A DNA stretch of 64,000 nt from Adineta vaga (Eukaryota > Animalia > Rotifera). The position numbers and the translations under genes are program-made. Of the stretch, positions 40,576-54,642 are shown piece by piece. The stretch is from the NCBI GenBank assembly GCA_021613535.1, contig CP075496.1:2480001-2544000 (forward strand), read 5' to 3'. How positions within the stretch are numbered: the stretch's first letter is position 1; each line of letters begins with the position of its first letter. The notes beneath the pieces were generated by a model. The model made no database searches, was not told the DNA's origin, and saw only the letters and a list, made by a program, of their open reading frames with translations.

Positions 40576-43500
40576 TTTTTCTTTGAAAGAATAAAACAAA
40601 ACAAAAATAATCCTCCTCAACGATACAGTATGAAACAAAAAACGAATAAAAAAGAAAATAAACTATTATTATATCACCATCGTCATTGTCAATGACAATA
40701 ACGATGATGATAAGAAGAAGCAGGCAAAAACAAAAGACGTAAAAGCAAAAGAAAGCACTAAGTATAGTAAATATTGACTGATATGAGAAAGATTAGACAT
40801 ATGAAGACGAAGGTGACAAATTGATGAGAAAAAACGAGAGGAGAAGATTTGCTCGAAAGACTTTCTTACATAAACTTTTCTTATTTTCCTACTAAAAAAA
40901 ACGGAAAAATATATCATACTAATCTTGCATGTTGTTATTCAAATACAAGCTAAAGAAGAAGAAGAAGAAGGAGAGAAAATAATTGCATTCTACAATAACA
41001 ATACCCGTGCGAAAAACGTTGTCTCGTTTAGATCGATAAGGTCGTCTTCTACGTCTTTTCTTCTTCGTTTTTTTTCAGCATAACACCACACACACACGCA
41101 TTCTACACACAAATACACGCGCACAGAATGCAAAGGACATTGACACGTGCCTTTTCATTTTCTTCTTCTTCTATGTTCTAGTCAGCCATCAAAACTCAAT
41201 GGATGCTCGCGTTCGACATGTATACTATTTCTCTCTCTCTCTCTTCTCCTTCTTCGTTTTTCATATTCTACATCGTTGTTGTTTTCTTATTTGCTACTAA
41301 TAATAAGAATCATATTTATTGAATATCTTTATGGACTCGTTGCTTTTATAATACACATATCTATGCGAAATATCTGCATATTTGTCTGCTCTGTTATATT
41401 TTAATTTGGAAAAGAATGCACGTCTTTTGTTACTTATTTTTTTGTAAATATTATATAAGTAAAGAAACCTTAGTAAATCTCTCACCTGATATTTTCGATT
41501 GTTTCGTCCATTTTTTATGTAATTTAAACATAAAGATAGATTTCTCGACTGATTATCTTCTAATCTTGCTTGATATTATTCAAGAAAAGACATAGAATGT
41601 TGTTGTCTTTTCTGAAAGTTGTATCGGTTTAGTTAATACATCGTTATCATCATAGACATCTGTCTTCTATTCTCTCCCATTTTTCTTCTTTATTTTTGCT
41701 CTTTCGTTGGACTATCTCTATCATCCAATCTATGCTTTGACATAGCTTGCTATACATAGTTAATGAATGACGACTAGAAAACCTTAGTCTACAGCAGCAA
41801 CTAATTATTATTATTCGTCTTGATAGAAACGAGACAGACGAAGAAATATCTGTTAGAATAGTTGATAAATCGATATTTTCGACAGAAAACCAGAGAATAT
41901 GAAAAACAGAAAAATAGGCAAATATTATTCTATTCGTTAACAACATGGATGATACTGAGAAGGTCAGGGGTGTTCGAACATTAACGTACCAAACCATTTC
42001 AGCATCTTGCTAGTATAATAATTATGATAAAATCAATAAGATCTAATCGTAGGCGGATATGTGTATTTATGTATATGATCAATGCTTGTTTTTCTTTGTT
42101 TGACACCTTAATATAATGATGATGGTAATGTGTTATCTCGAATAGAGTGTGAAAGTGAACATATGTCAGTTAGTAGAATTCATCTCTATTCATTTTTGTT
42201 GTCGAAACGATAATGGCAGTAATAGATAGATAGATAGGAAGAAGAAGAACAAGAAGAGAAAACCTAAGTGCTCGTGATACGAAAATGAACAAAAGATAGA
42301 CGAGAAAAACTTTCTTGAAAGAATGTCGTAGACATCACAAAAGCATCTAACTTGTCGTCTTTGTTTTTTATTACACCATTCGTCTAGTGTATTGAAACTA
42401 TAGATGTACTTGAATTTTTCTTTTGATTTCCGCCGTACGTATGTTTCATGTCTCATTCTATACATCCCTTTGGCGAGACACATATTCATCTAATCTAGAT
42501 TGAGTGATTCTGTCTGTCTAGCTAAGAAAACACAAGAATCTCAAGAAACTAATAGAAAGGAAAAAAAATCAAAAGCAATGACGATGATATTATTATCGAT
42601 TGATTATAGAATCTCGGTCATCTATCTAAATCAGTTTATAAAGTAGAAGACATCTATGACGGATTTTGACATTGTTTCTTATTGATTACTTTATTAGATG
42701 ATACAATTGTTGTTGCTGTTATTGTTTTTTTTACAAATATACTCGTCATCCTATTATTAGTTTACGCATAGACGTCTAGATTATCAATGTAGCACAACAA
42801 GAATATCTCCGATGTATTATTTGAATTGACGTAAACTATTTTTCTTTAGGAAATAGACATATGATTGTTTCTGGCTTCATGAAAATACCTTCAATTCTTC
42901 TTTCATATGTAGACATCTTATTTCTGAACCAAAAATATCGATGTTAAAGTTGATATTTTATATTCTAGACATGTCAACACTGATTGAATATCATCATTAT
43001 CATCATTAAATTACTAGTTGAAAAATAAATCTTCCAAAATAACTATTCTATATGATTTTTACCGTTTTTCTTCTTAGGAAATGTATTAAATAGCTAATGC
43101 ATCATTCGTGCGTGCGATTGCCTGTTATTAAATCGTTTTTCATGTCATCCTATTCCAAGCAATTAACTATGATCATCTACATACAATAATAATATAACTA
43201 CACAGTTTTTTAACAAGACAAGCAGATAAGTTCTTTTACTCGATCATACTCTATAAGACGACTAAAGTGATACTAATAGAAATGGACATTTGCTTGTCCA
43301 TTTAGATAATTGATATTATCAACTATAGACACTATGTTTATTTATATTATAGTACAATCGAATCAAAGATCTCGATCTAGAAAATCAAAACACAAAAGTA
43401 TTCTCTTATTCTCTACCTATTCTATAAAGAACATTACGAAATAAAACTATATTTATGAATAAATAATTAATAATGTTAGTCTATAGAATATAAAATCTAA

Positions 43501-45027
43501 CGAATACTTGAAAGAGAATAATGAAGTCGTATGCTGAAGATTCAAGAACTAAATAACATGTCAAGTAACACGTTCACGAACAAATAATGAATACAAATGA
43601 GTATCTTGAAAAAGAAATTTCAGGACTTACTTGAAGTTGAGAAGCACATCATTAGTATGAAAAATACAGAAGATTTCAATATGAAGTAAATTCTTTTCAG
43701 TTCAAATACAAATGAGATCACAATGGCAATGTCTATATTTGAACTAACGCTTAGCGTTTTTCTTTTTAAGTGAGTGTGCACAACTACTTATTTACTCTGT
43801 TTTTCCTGCCTCCCTCATCTTTCTCTCTCTATCTCTCTGTGTGTCTCGTTCGTTCTCTCTTAGTCACATACAATTTCCATCGTTTGCTAACGTATCTGTT
43901 CATAATTGTAAGAAGGAAAAAGAAAAGTAGATCTACTCAACATGGCTTTTCAATAACGAGTGTCAACTACTTTCTTTTACTCTGTTCCGCTTTTCCTACT
44001 AAATCAGAATCGACAATTCCTAAGTTCAAACATCAAAGATCAGAAAAAAACGAAAGAAAGACAGCATTCTTCATCTTCTTCTTCACATTATTACAATCGT
44101 CTATCTTCCGTCAATCTCACAAATATAGACTTACATTAGTTGATGTTGTCTATGTGAATATATGCAAAGCTTGTTCTTATAAACAGAAAAACGAGTGAGA
44201 AAGACAAAGCACAGTAGGAGTGCAACGTGAGGCGACGAATGCCTTTGGCTGAATTTATTTCTCTACTCTCTATGACATCGCAAATTATCGTGCATGTTTC
44301 TTGTTGTTTTTTTTGCTCGTTTGTTCTTATGATATTGACACAAACGGCTGAAGCAGACGAAACGTTTTGTTTTTGTCGTTTTTCTCACGTTATCTTACTC
44401 TTTTCTTTCGCCTGTTTTCTTCTGATTGTTGTCTCTCTGCATGTGCATCGGCAGTGATTGGAAATAGAACAGTAGTGCGCAGAAATATTTATCAAGAACT
44501 ATGTAAATACATCGAACGATTGCATTTGAGAAGAGAAAAAAAATATTAGTTCCTGTCTTTGATCATGTTCATTGAATAGAAAGAAATTTTGTCAAAGAGA
44601 ATAATTTCTTAATGAATGTTTCATATCATTGTAAATTTGTTTATAGGAATAGATTTCATTTTTTTAATAAACATAATTCAGCTATTGAAGATTTTAATTG
44701 ATTATCTTGTTTTAATGATTGATGTAAATAGAATCTTGAAGAGATTTTCAATGATGGATTAATCAGAGAAGAAAGAATAGATATCTTTCCCATAAGAATA
44801 TCTAAACGTTTGTAAAGAATAATATTATAATGAGTTTTGCAAATGAGACGATAAATAATCGATGAAGTTTTTTGTAAAAAATCCCTTGGATATTCTTGAT
44901 GATTTTCTATAAGGAAAAAGAAAAAGAAAACATTCTAAGAAAGCATTCAAAGTTCGATTTCAACAATTTTATATTAAATCTAGACATAAATATCAAGTGT
45001 TCATTAACGCAGCACTTCAATGAATCT

Positions 45028-47356
45028 TTATTCAAGAATAAGAATCAATATGTTGTGAGTGAATAGATTTTTCTTTATTAAAATTGAAAATATTGTGTCT
45101 CTAAGTCGAGCTTTTTTCTTACTGTGTAGGATTGATTTTTGATGAGAATTGATTAATATTTGTTGATGAATTTGATATTGATAATCATTTGTTTTCTTCT
45201 TTTGTTTGAATAATTCGTTTTGTAAATGACAAATAATTTGTTTCATCTCAGGTGGTTTTGTTTGATGAATATTAGATAAAATTTGATTTCGAATTTTTTG
45301 GATTTGATTCAACAATTGCTGATGAGATAAATGACGTTTATCAAGTGTGACTTGATTGATTTCAATATGTTTATTAATTAATAAGATTAAATGTTGTTTT
45401 GTAAGAAGAAAATGAGTTATTTTTTGTTTTTCTTGAATTGATTGTTGAGATTTTTGTTGATTTAACTCCATGATACACTTCATACGATCATATTGTTTGG
45501 AAATATTCGATATTTGTTGTTGTTGAACAAGAGATTTGTCTTGAACTGAATGAAGGTATTCAATAGAATGAATTCGTTGTTTATCTATATTCAATATTTG
45601 ATTTGATATGAATGATGTATTCGTTTTAATTAAAGAAATCTTTTGTTTTAATTCTTGAAAAATCATTTGATTTGAATGTAAAATTCTCTTCATTCGATAT
45701 AATTTCATATTCAATGAAGTTTTACTTTCATCTTCTTGATTCATCTCAATTCCATTATCTTTTTCTCTTCTAAATTCAAATCAATTTCCTTATTTTTTCT
45801 CTCAAGATACTTTATTTCATACCGTCGTTGTATATAAAAATGAATATCACATTCAAATGCGACAAGATTCGATGTCGATTGATTTAATTGTTGAAAATAT
45901 TGATTTGTATAATTAATTTCTTGTTGAATTTTTCCAAGTCTTTGAACAAATTCTACTAAACGTTGTCGATTTAGATTCAAATGAATGATCCATTGATCAT
46001 GTAATCTTTCATAATGAAGTATTTTTTCTCGTTGTTCTTTAACAAGTGAAATATATTCTTGTATTGTACTTTGGAATAGATGAATTTCTTGTTGAGAATG
46101 ATAGTGAACTGTTGTTAGATGTGAATGTTGTTTAATTGCTTGATGAAGATTTTGTTTGATATTTTCAGTTGATTTAGAAATGGTGTTCAAGGAACGAGTT
46201 GATGAGAATTTAGTCTGATGATGTTCAAGTTGAATCAATTGATTCTGAAGAAAATAAAAATGAATATTATGCAATGATTTGTTTGGCAGGAGAGATTTTT
46301 CCCGACTTTTAATTGATGATTTTGTCGATTATGAATGGATAAGATTTGATTTTTATTTTTGAATTCAATTCGAATTTTCATGATGATACGGATAGTGTTT
46401 TGTTTTATTTCTTTTTCTTGTTCAATTTCATTCTGTTTGGTTTGTATTATTTCATTTAAATTTCTCCTATTTATATTCAATTCTATCTGTTTAGTCTCAT
46501 TGATTTTGAGATGTTTTATTTGATCGAATAATTTTGTATTCAAATCTTTATTTTGTCGTTTTAATTCTATTGAAATCTTTGCTTCTCGTTGAATGTCATC
46601 TTGAATCAATTGATAATCATTTTTCGACGATTTTTTATCGATAAACGAAGTTAATTTCTGTTGATCTTCAAGATAATTCTTCAATTGATGTTCTTGTTCA
46701 TAATTTGATTGAAGATTAAGTTTGAGTGTATGTTGAATATTCAGTAATTCTTTTTCAGTCTGATGAATATGTTGTTGAAGATAATAAACTTGAATTTGCA
46801 TGGAAAAATAATTAAGTTTTTTTCGATTTAATTTCTCTTGAAGATCTTCGCCTACAACACTGATATACAGAATAACACTTCAAAAAGAGTGAAGAGGAAA
46901 AGGTTGAATACGTGTCTGATGAAGATCGTTTATTTGTTCTTTTAAATGAGTTATTGAGGAGATATTATCATTAGAATTCTTCTTTTCATAAGGATTAAAT
47001 TCTAAATCTTTAATATTTTGTTCGAATTCTTTTAAATTCTGATTTGTTGTATCATAATTCTGATGAATATCTGCTAAGATTTGGTGGCCTTGTTTAAGTA
47101 TTTTATGAATTCGATAAGCAACGTTTGTTTGTTGACAAGTGACTACAATATCAAGTCGATGTAAGTCTTCACGAATACGTTGTTCTTGCAAGACAAGAGC
47201 ATGTTGATTAATTACAGAATAATGAAAATATTGATAGAGAGATAACCAATATTGATGATAACGATTTCGAATTGTTTCATCAGGAATTTGATGAAGAGCA
47301 TTGAGAAAATTTGTATTATATAAATATGTTGATGAGAGTTGATCGGTTATGGACAT
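45028..47356 (-). CDS. Long Q/K/I-rich coiled-coil protein of unknown family; apparent frameshift at about 45760; 3' end uncertain
   Basis: Four consecutive minus-strand ORFs; two junctions are explained by in-phase GT-AG introns, the third by a frame shift in an A run. Confidence 0.6.
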
Positions 47357-47464
47357 TAGATTTAGAGAGAAGACTAATATTCTTAGCAACGAAATATGAT
47401 ATTGAAATTATTAAGAAAACAAAAATAAGACGCGCATCGTATTATATTACGAGGAAAATTACAA

Positions 47465-48528
47465 TTATTGTTCAAATATGAGTAGAAAATTGAATGATAC
47501 AAAGAAAAGTAGGTAAATGATTGATATTTCGATAATGTTTCCATGTGAGTTCATATCAATCCAATATGATTTATTTGTAAAAGATTCGATCCAATCTTTA
47601 TATGCAGCTACACGTGTATAAATACCTGAATAATTTGCAAGTGCACATCCGCGACCGCTACTAGTTATACCTGCTAAAATCCATTGATTTGTCGGTGCAA
47701 AGTATAACATCAATGGACCTCCTGAATCGCCTTGACATGCATCTAGAAAACTCACATGAAAGATGACAATAAATACACTAAAGTAGATCATAACTATTTA
47801 CCTTTACTACCACCTTGCACACCAGCACAAAATTGTACTGTTTTATTAGCAAGTAATATACTACAAGTAGCTGCCCGATAGTCAATTGTATTTAATGTAA
47901 CTTGTTGTAAATTCTCTGGTGCTATACCACCACTAGATAATCTTCCCCAACCAACTGTAACAACCTATCAAATGAAAACGATTAATAACTTTATAAGTTA
48001 ATAAAACGAAGAAAAACAACCCCTTACATCCTCATTTGAACGTGGCCATTCATCAGATTCTAAAATTGATTGATTAATAAAAGGCATACAGATTGTACTG
48101 ATTTGATTATCACTCATATTAAGTGGAGAAGAAAGTTTTAATAAAGATATATCATTAGCAAAAGTCAAAGAATTAAAATTAGGATGTATAATTGTTTCTG
48201 AGACCATTTTTACTTGTGTACCTAACCATCGAGCATTCGATCCAGCATAAACAGTAATTGATGCTCCTAAAAAATTGTATACACAATGTGCAGCTGTTAT
48301 TATCCAAGAATCTGATATAATTGATCCACCACATAAAAGACCATCTGAAATTAATAGTGAGACAGTCCATCCCCAAGCTGCTAAATCAGCTTGTTCTCCA
48401 TTAACAATACGACTAATTGATACTTGATTGAAAGAACATCCACAAACAGCATTTGGATCACATGGATAATTAATTTGGTCAGTTGATCGAACAACTACCA
48501 ACAATATTAAGATATAGTAAAACATCAT
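47465..48528 (-). CDS. Trypsin-like serine protease with signal peptide and hydrophobic C-terminal anchor, 3 exons
   Basis: CGCS...RIVNGE activation site, [37 protein letters not shown]. Confidence 0.95.
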
Positions 48529-48978
48529 ATCGTCTCGATAAAATCGAATTTTTCGAATGAAATCTTTATTCCAAAGAAGAAATCAGTAAACAAACTTTGT
48601 GTTATTCTTTCAACTATTGGAGACGTCTACTTATTTCTCGTCGAGAAATGAATTTATAAGGAATGACGCATATTTTGAAAGCATGACAAACAAAAAATAT
48701 ACAGCAAGTCTTTTTTTTCTTGAATCAACTTTCGGTTATAATCAATAATACGAATGAAAATAAAACAGAATTAAACAATGTCTCATTCGATTTATATGTT
48801 GCTCATGAATTATTTTTGTCTAATAATATATTTTTATTAGAATTAAAGTCATATTTTGTGAATGAATACAAAGTCTTTTCTCTCATCATACTGAATTCAA
48901 ACTTACGATTGATTCATTTCATTACTGAAGTGACATTGATAAGTATCTAATTAGAATTTATGTCATCGTGATAAAAAG

Positions 48979-51900
48979 ATGTCTGACGAACATCTAATCG
49001 ATTTCGTTATTGATTTTCGTCTATGTAATACATCAAAGATTGAAGACGACGAAAATGGACATCATGCACCATATAAACTCATGTTTCTCTTTTTCATCTT
49101 ATTTATTGGCTGTAAGTCATTAACTTTTTCGAAATTTTATAGTTTCATATTGATTTTCCATGAAAGGTCTATTTAAAACAATGTTAGCTTCATTACGTAT
49201 TCCATATACAGGTGTCATTCTGCTTCTTGGTTTTTTCGGTGGCATTCTTTTCAATATTTTCAGCAATGATGATACATTTCTTAACATAACAACAAAATCA
49301 CCTGATCTACTTATAGCTATTTTTCTTCCAACATTAGTATTTGAATGCGCTTATCGTACGGAATATCATGCATTTATGAAATCATTCTATATAATTTTAT
49401 TCATCTCAAGTGTTGCTTACTTTATCTCAATGTTTAGTATTTCTTTGATGAATAAACATGTATTTTTCTTTCAACAATGGACGTTTCTTCAATCTTTAAT
49501 CTTAGGTATTATTGTTAGTATAACACGATCAATAACTTTAATGCGTCAAGCAGGTTTATCATACTTCATTTTTGTGAAATCTTAATATATAATATAAGCT
49601 TCGATTTGATTTAGAACAGATTATGGGAAAATGAAACGATTAAATATTCTTTTTGAAGGTGAAGCTGTCATTAACAATAGTTTAGCAATTATTTTATTTA
49701 ATGGAATGAAAACTTTCGTTATTAATGATCATATATGGAATAGTAGGATTGAATTGTTAATTAGAGAATGTAGATCATTGTAGAATTCTATTTTAGCAAT
49801 GAAATTTTTCCAAACTATTTCAGTTTCATTGATTGGAGGTATTAGTCTTGGTGGTATGACTGGCTTTTTACAAATTATCGGTTTACCTTACTTTTATGAT
49901 GATCCAATTAGTGAAGTAACGATTACTATTGCTGTACCTTATATGCTCTATTGGATATGTAAAAGCATATCTTGATCGAATATGTAAAGATTTCTTTTGA
50001 GAACGAGACTTTATTTCAGGTGAACAAGTAAATTTCTCTGGTATTCTTGCAATTGTTGTTTTGGGTCTTCTATTATCAAATTATAAAACAGCAATTAGTT
50101 CAGAAGCAACTATTTTTATGGAAAAGTATAATTGTTGTTATTATTTCTATTTCATTTCGAAACTATTTTCAATGAATAGATTCTGGGATATGTTAACATT
50201 GATTGCGAATACAATTATCTATTTATTAACTGCATTAGTATACAGATATCTATATTTCGTTATTTATTTAAATTGAAGAGATTTTTCTAGACTATTGCAG
50301 AATTTATCAAACCTAATACACGAATTTTCTTTGAAGGCAAGACAATCTTCTATGAAATAGGACTTGCTAGTAAGTTTTATCAATAAATATCTTCTTTATC
50401 AATCATGATATTTCAGTGATCAATTATTTGATCTGTTATCTGATCAGGTATGTCTATGTATAACTAAATCAAAGATTTGCATGTCTTGATAAATGATAGA
50501 CTTGTAACTTTAATGATTTTAACATTATGTCGAATATATCATTTATCATGGAAAGAATGTTTGTTAGCTACTTTGGGTGGTTTTAAAGGATCTATATGTT
50601 TATTACTCTCATTGGCATTTGCAAGTGAATTTCAACTAGCTAAACAACAAGTTAAACATCATTCATCAAAATTCGCAGTAACAAAACAATAAAAATTTTC
50701 TATATTATTTCTCTAAAAAAAAACGAAGCAATTTTAGTATCAAATTATAATTCATACAACAATAATTGTTTTTCTTTCCAGTTGTATCAATTCATCTTAT
50801 TCATTTCTATTAAAAATATTAGGTAAATCAATAATCGATCACGAGATATTTCACAAGTTGTTTTCTACGTACAAAAGATTTTACAACGATGTCTTCAACT
50901 AAATATCGTTACATGGAACAATGTATCGAATCCTTACATGCTCTTGTACATGATAAAATTCGATTGTTAAAAACAAATAAATATTTAGCAAATGCTGATT
51001 GGATTTTTATTGAAAAGAATTTTCTAATTGATATGATTAATAAAAATGAAATTGCACGTTCCAATTATCATCTTAATCAAATGGAATATGAAGATTTATT
51101 TGAAGAAGCAAGAATTCGTATAATTAATATACAGAAAGTTTGAATATAATATGGTTTTATTTAAACAATAATGATTAAGTTTTGAATTTAGACGAGTTTC
51201 TGGAAACAATATAGAGATTATGAGATATCAACACAAGCTGTTCGGATTCTATCATCATTGAGTGATTTCGCTATGGATAGAAAAGGACAATATATTAGTA
51301 TTGATCAATTGAAATATTATTATAAGTAAGATGATTGTTTTTTGTGAGATTGTTATATGATTTGAAAGATGATGTTTTCAAGGCCGAGAACGTTTGATTT
51401 TATATGGAAACATTTGGTACGTAAGATAATTAACATTCAATTTAGAATAGATGTGTCCATGTAGAGAGCTTTGATGAAAAAAGTACATTTATGGATTTAT
51501 AATGATTGGCGAAAATATCAGAAGATACCCGAAGATAAATGGCGTTTGTTTTGTTTCAATATCCTCAATCATAAACGATTCTATTGGTTTATCGCATGTG
51601 TCATACTCTTCAATGTTTGTATCTCGAAAATTGGTTGTATTCAGAAAAAAGGACAATCGGTGTGTTTCTTTTAGATTATATTAGCCATTATTCGAATTGC
51701 TGTTAATCTATCTGATAAATTTCATTTAATTCTCGCGATTATTCAAAGTATTTGTATAGTTATTTATTTGATGGAATTCATGATAAAAGTTAGTTGCTTA
51801 TCTTCGATTATTAGAATGTGTTTGATCTGTTTTAAACAGATATTTACGTTTGGTTTACTAATTTATTTTCGAACATGGATTGATTATCGAATTGAATTGA

Positions 51901-54191
51901 TTCTTCTAATATTTGCAACAGGAGAATGTATTTTTGAATATTATCATCTAATACATCCTAGATCTATATCTCATCGAACTTGGTCACTTATACAGATTTT
52001 AATTTTTGTACAAATATTTCGTTTTAATCGATTAATTCAAGTATGAATTGATTATGTGAATCAAGAATTTTGTTGAATTGTTCTTATAGTCAACAATACT
52101 AGCACATCTAACAAGCCTTCTCGAACGTTTAGCCAATCGTTATATTACACTTTCGTTAGAATTATGTCGAGCATATATCATAAGTGAAGATGATGTTCTT
52201 TCGAAATTACGTCGAATCATTGAAATTGATCAAATTCGTGAACAATTTCGAAAAGAATCAATTCAACGACGAGAAGAAATTATTAATGAATTAAGTATAA
52301 CTTGACGATATTTAGAAATATATTTAAATAGTTTCATGTAGCTTTTATTCAAAATGAACATCCAAATGTATCAGCTAGTGTAAAAACAAGTGCTGCTATT
52401 CAAAAATTACTCAATTATTCTAAAAATATGGTGATTACTTTAGACAATTGTTGTTTAGAAGTTGATTATTTATTTTTGTCTAGATTCATCATATGACAAG
52501 TAAAGGACTTCTCGGAGAAAATGAAGCACATCGAATAACAGAGGTGAATACATTCTGAGCTATTGATATTCATCCGTTTTAATCGAATATTTAGAATATT
52601 AATCAACGATTACATACAGATCTTGTACCATCTACTTTACTCTTTTCTATTCCCGTGAGTTTTGTTTTATAAGTGATACTATTTTAATAATCTTTAATAA
52701 TTCTAGTTGAATTTTTTACATGTTTTCCCATGGCTTCATGATCCTGATGTACTCGAATATGTATTAAGTCGTCTTCATGTTCAATTATTCTCCTTAAATG
52801 AATACATTTATAAAGTAAATAATGATGTTCAAGCATTATATTTCATCACTGCTGGTTATGTTGAAGTAAAACTGGATTTTATAGCTAAAACTCGTTTTTT
52901 TTCCTGACCTATTTTTTATTCGGATAGACAATTAGAAACACCTCAAAATATCATGATGCATTATCCATCGAAAAAGTTCATGAAAAATTCAATCATTCCG
53001 ATAATGCGAATGAAGACAACACGGATTTATTTGAATGGTCCGAAGATGAATTCGATGAAAAAGATCGATTTTCTCATAAAAAAACGAATTCATTAGGTTT
53101 TAATGAAAGTATTCTTTCTCATTTAAATATCGATGATTCGATCTTAAATTTTTTCTCGAAAAAAGACTCATCTATACTCTATCGTATGTTACATGCACCA
53201 GGTGATATTCTTGGTCATATTGATTTACTAAATGGACAAAAATCTACTGAAACATGTAAATGTATTACCAATACTCTGGTAAGATTATAAGATAAAAAGA
53301 GACAAAAGTATAAAATATTCATTAGGTTTGGTATTTAAAATCCAATGATTTATTTGATCTTATTGAACGATTCAGCCATTTACGAATCTTAGAAAAAGTT
53401 TGGCATTATACTGCATTACAACTAGCTGAAGTTGTTCTCTATGAATATTTGAATACATTGGTAAATTCACATTGAATATTCTATATTGTTAATATATTTA
53501 AATTGATTTTTTGTAGCCATATAATGCAACAGAACAAGAACGTATTCATATCTATGGTCATTTGAAACGTGCGTTTCTTATACCTGAATCCTATTTAATC
53601 GAACATGAAATAATCTATTCATTACACGAACTTATTCTTATTCAAGGTATGCGAGAATTTCTAGTAAAATAGGAAGAATTCTATGATATTCAATAGGTCA
53701 ATTACAAAATATTGTATCATCATCAATTTATACAGGACCTTGTTTTATTCAAATAGAATTCGGTCAATGTGGTTTAAAACCTACAGTAAATCAATTGGTT
53801 TAAAATGTTTGAAAAATATCATTTTATTTCATTGTAATTAGAATATATCCGAAACAAAAATACTTGTTCTTAGAAATTCTCATCATTATCATTCAATACA
53901 ACATGATGATGAATTTCTTCAAGCAAATGATCTCGAAGATTTATTAACACATGTTATTTATGATGATAAATTAGGTATTCTTCTTCCACGTATTAGCACC
54001 AAATATAAACATGTAAGATGTATATATTGTTTGAAATAATGTGTTTCGAAACGTACACTGTGCTTTTCTATCTATAGTTTACTTCGAAATCGACTACAGA
54101 TGGATCAACTTCAGAAACGATGAAAAAAACATTATTAGGACGATTTTTAGAAAATCTACCGAGATTTCAACGACGAACTATGAATTCCTAA
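48979..54191 (+). CDS. SLC9C-like (sperm-type) Na+/H+ exchanger with voltage-sensor and cyclic-nucleotide-binding domains, more than 25 exons
   Basis: RIPYTGVILLLG, PDLLIAIFLPTLVFECAY, FEGEAVIN, EVTITIAVPY, SGILAIV, FWDMLTLIANTIIY, LGGFKGSICLLLSL, YLANADW, SFWKQY; then a 4-TM VSD-like block and a CNBD-like block (LYFITAGYV, PGDILG). Confidence 0.85.
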
Positions 54192-54294
54192 TAAAATATT
54201 TTCTTTAATCGTTATACTTATTTATTGAAAAATGATATAAATAAAGTATTGAAAATCGAACCAGCTGGTGCTATTGTTTTGTTTTTACAATTTC

Positions 54295-54297
<3 letters not shown>

Positions 54298-54342
<45 letters not shown>
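54298..54342. repeat. (TA)n microsatellite, about 22 units
   Basis: Uninterrupted TA run. Confidence 0.95.
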
Positions 54343-54345
<3 letters not shown>

Positions 54346-54642
54346 TTAGAATATTAAAATAGTTACAGTTACTAAAACAATAAAATATCAGTTTGCAATG
54401 CAGTCTTTCGTCGTGTATCAAAAATTGAGTTTGCAAAGTCTTCGAATCTAGCGACACCTTAACAGAGGTCTTCTAACGACAATATAACTCTCGACTAATC
54501 AGATGCAATGATTCTTGTTCTATTCGCTTGTAAAAACAATAACATACACATCCCATCTCGTGTTTTTTGTACATTTGTTCCATATAATATATATATATTT
54601 CATTTCCCATGAGAGCTTTTCATTTAAACATTTTCATTTTAG

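Noticed and set aside
43280-43303. 9-bp inverted repeat (AAATGGACA...TGTCCATTT)
   Set aside because: Too short to distinguish from chance; no terminal-repeat or ncRNA context.
40669-44549. Many 60-140 aa ORFs upstream of SGK3
   Set aside because: They arise from CT/GA-rich low-complexity tracts, often start with TTG or GTG, and show no domain signal.
45741-45744. Bacterial-style ATGA translational coupling of two ORFs
   Set aside because: A single missing A in an upstream homopolymer explains it, and the locus has spliceosomal introns.
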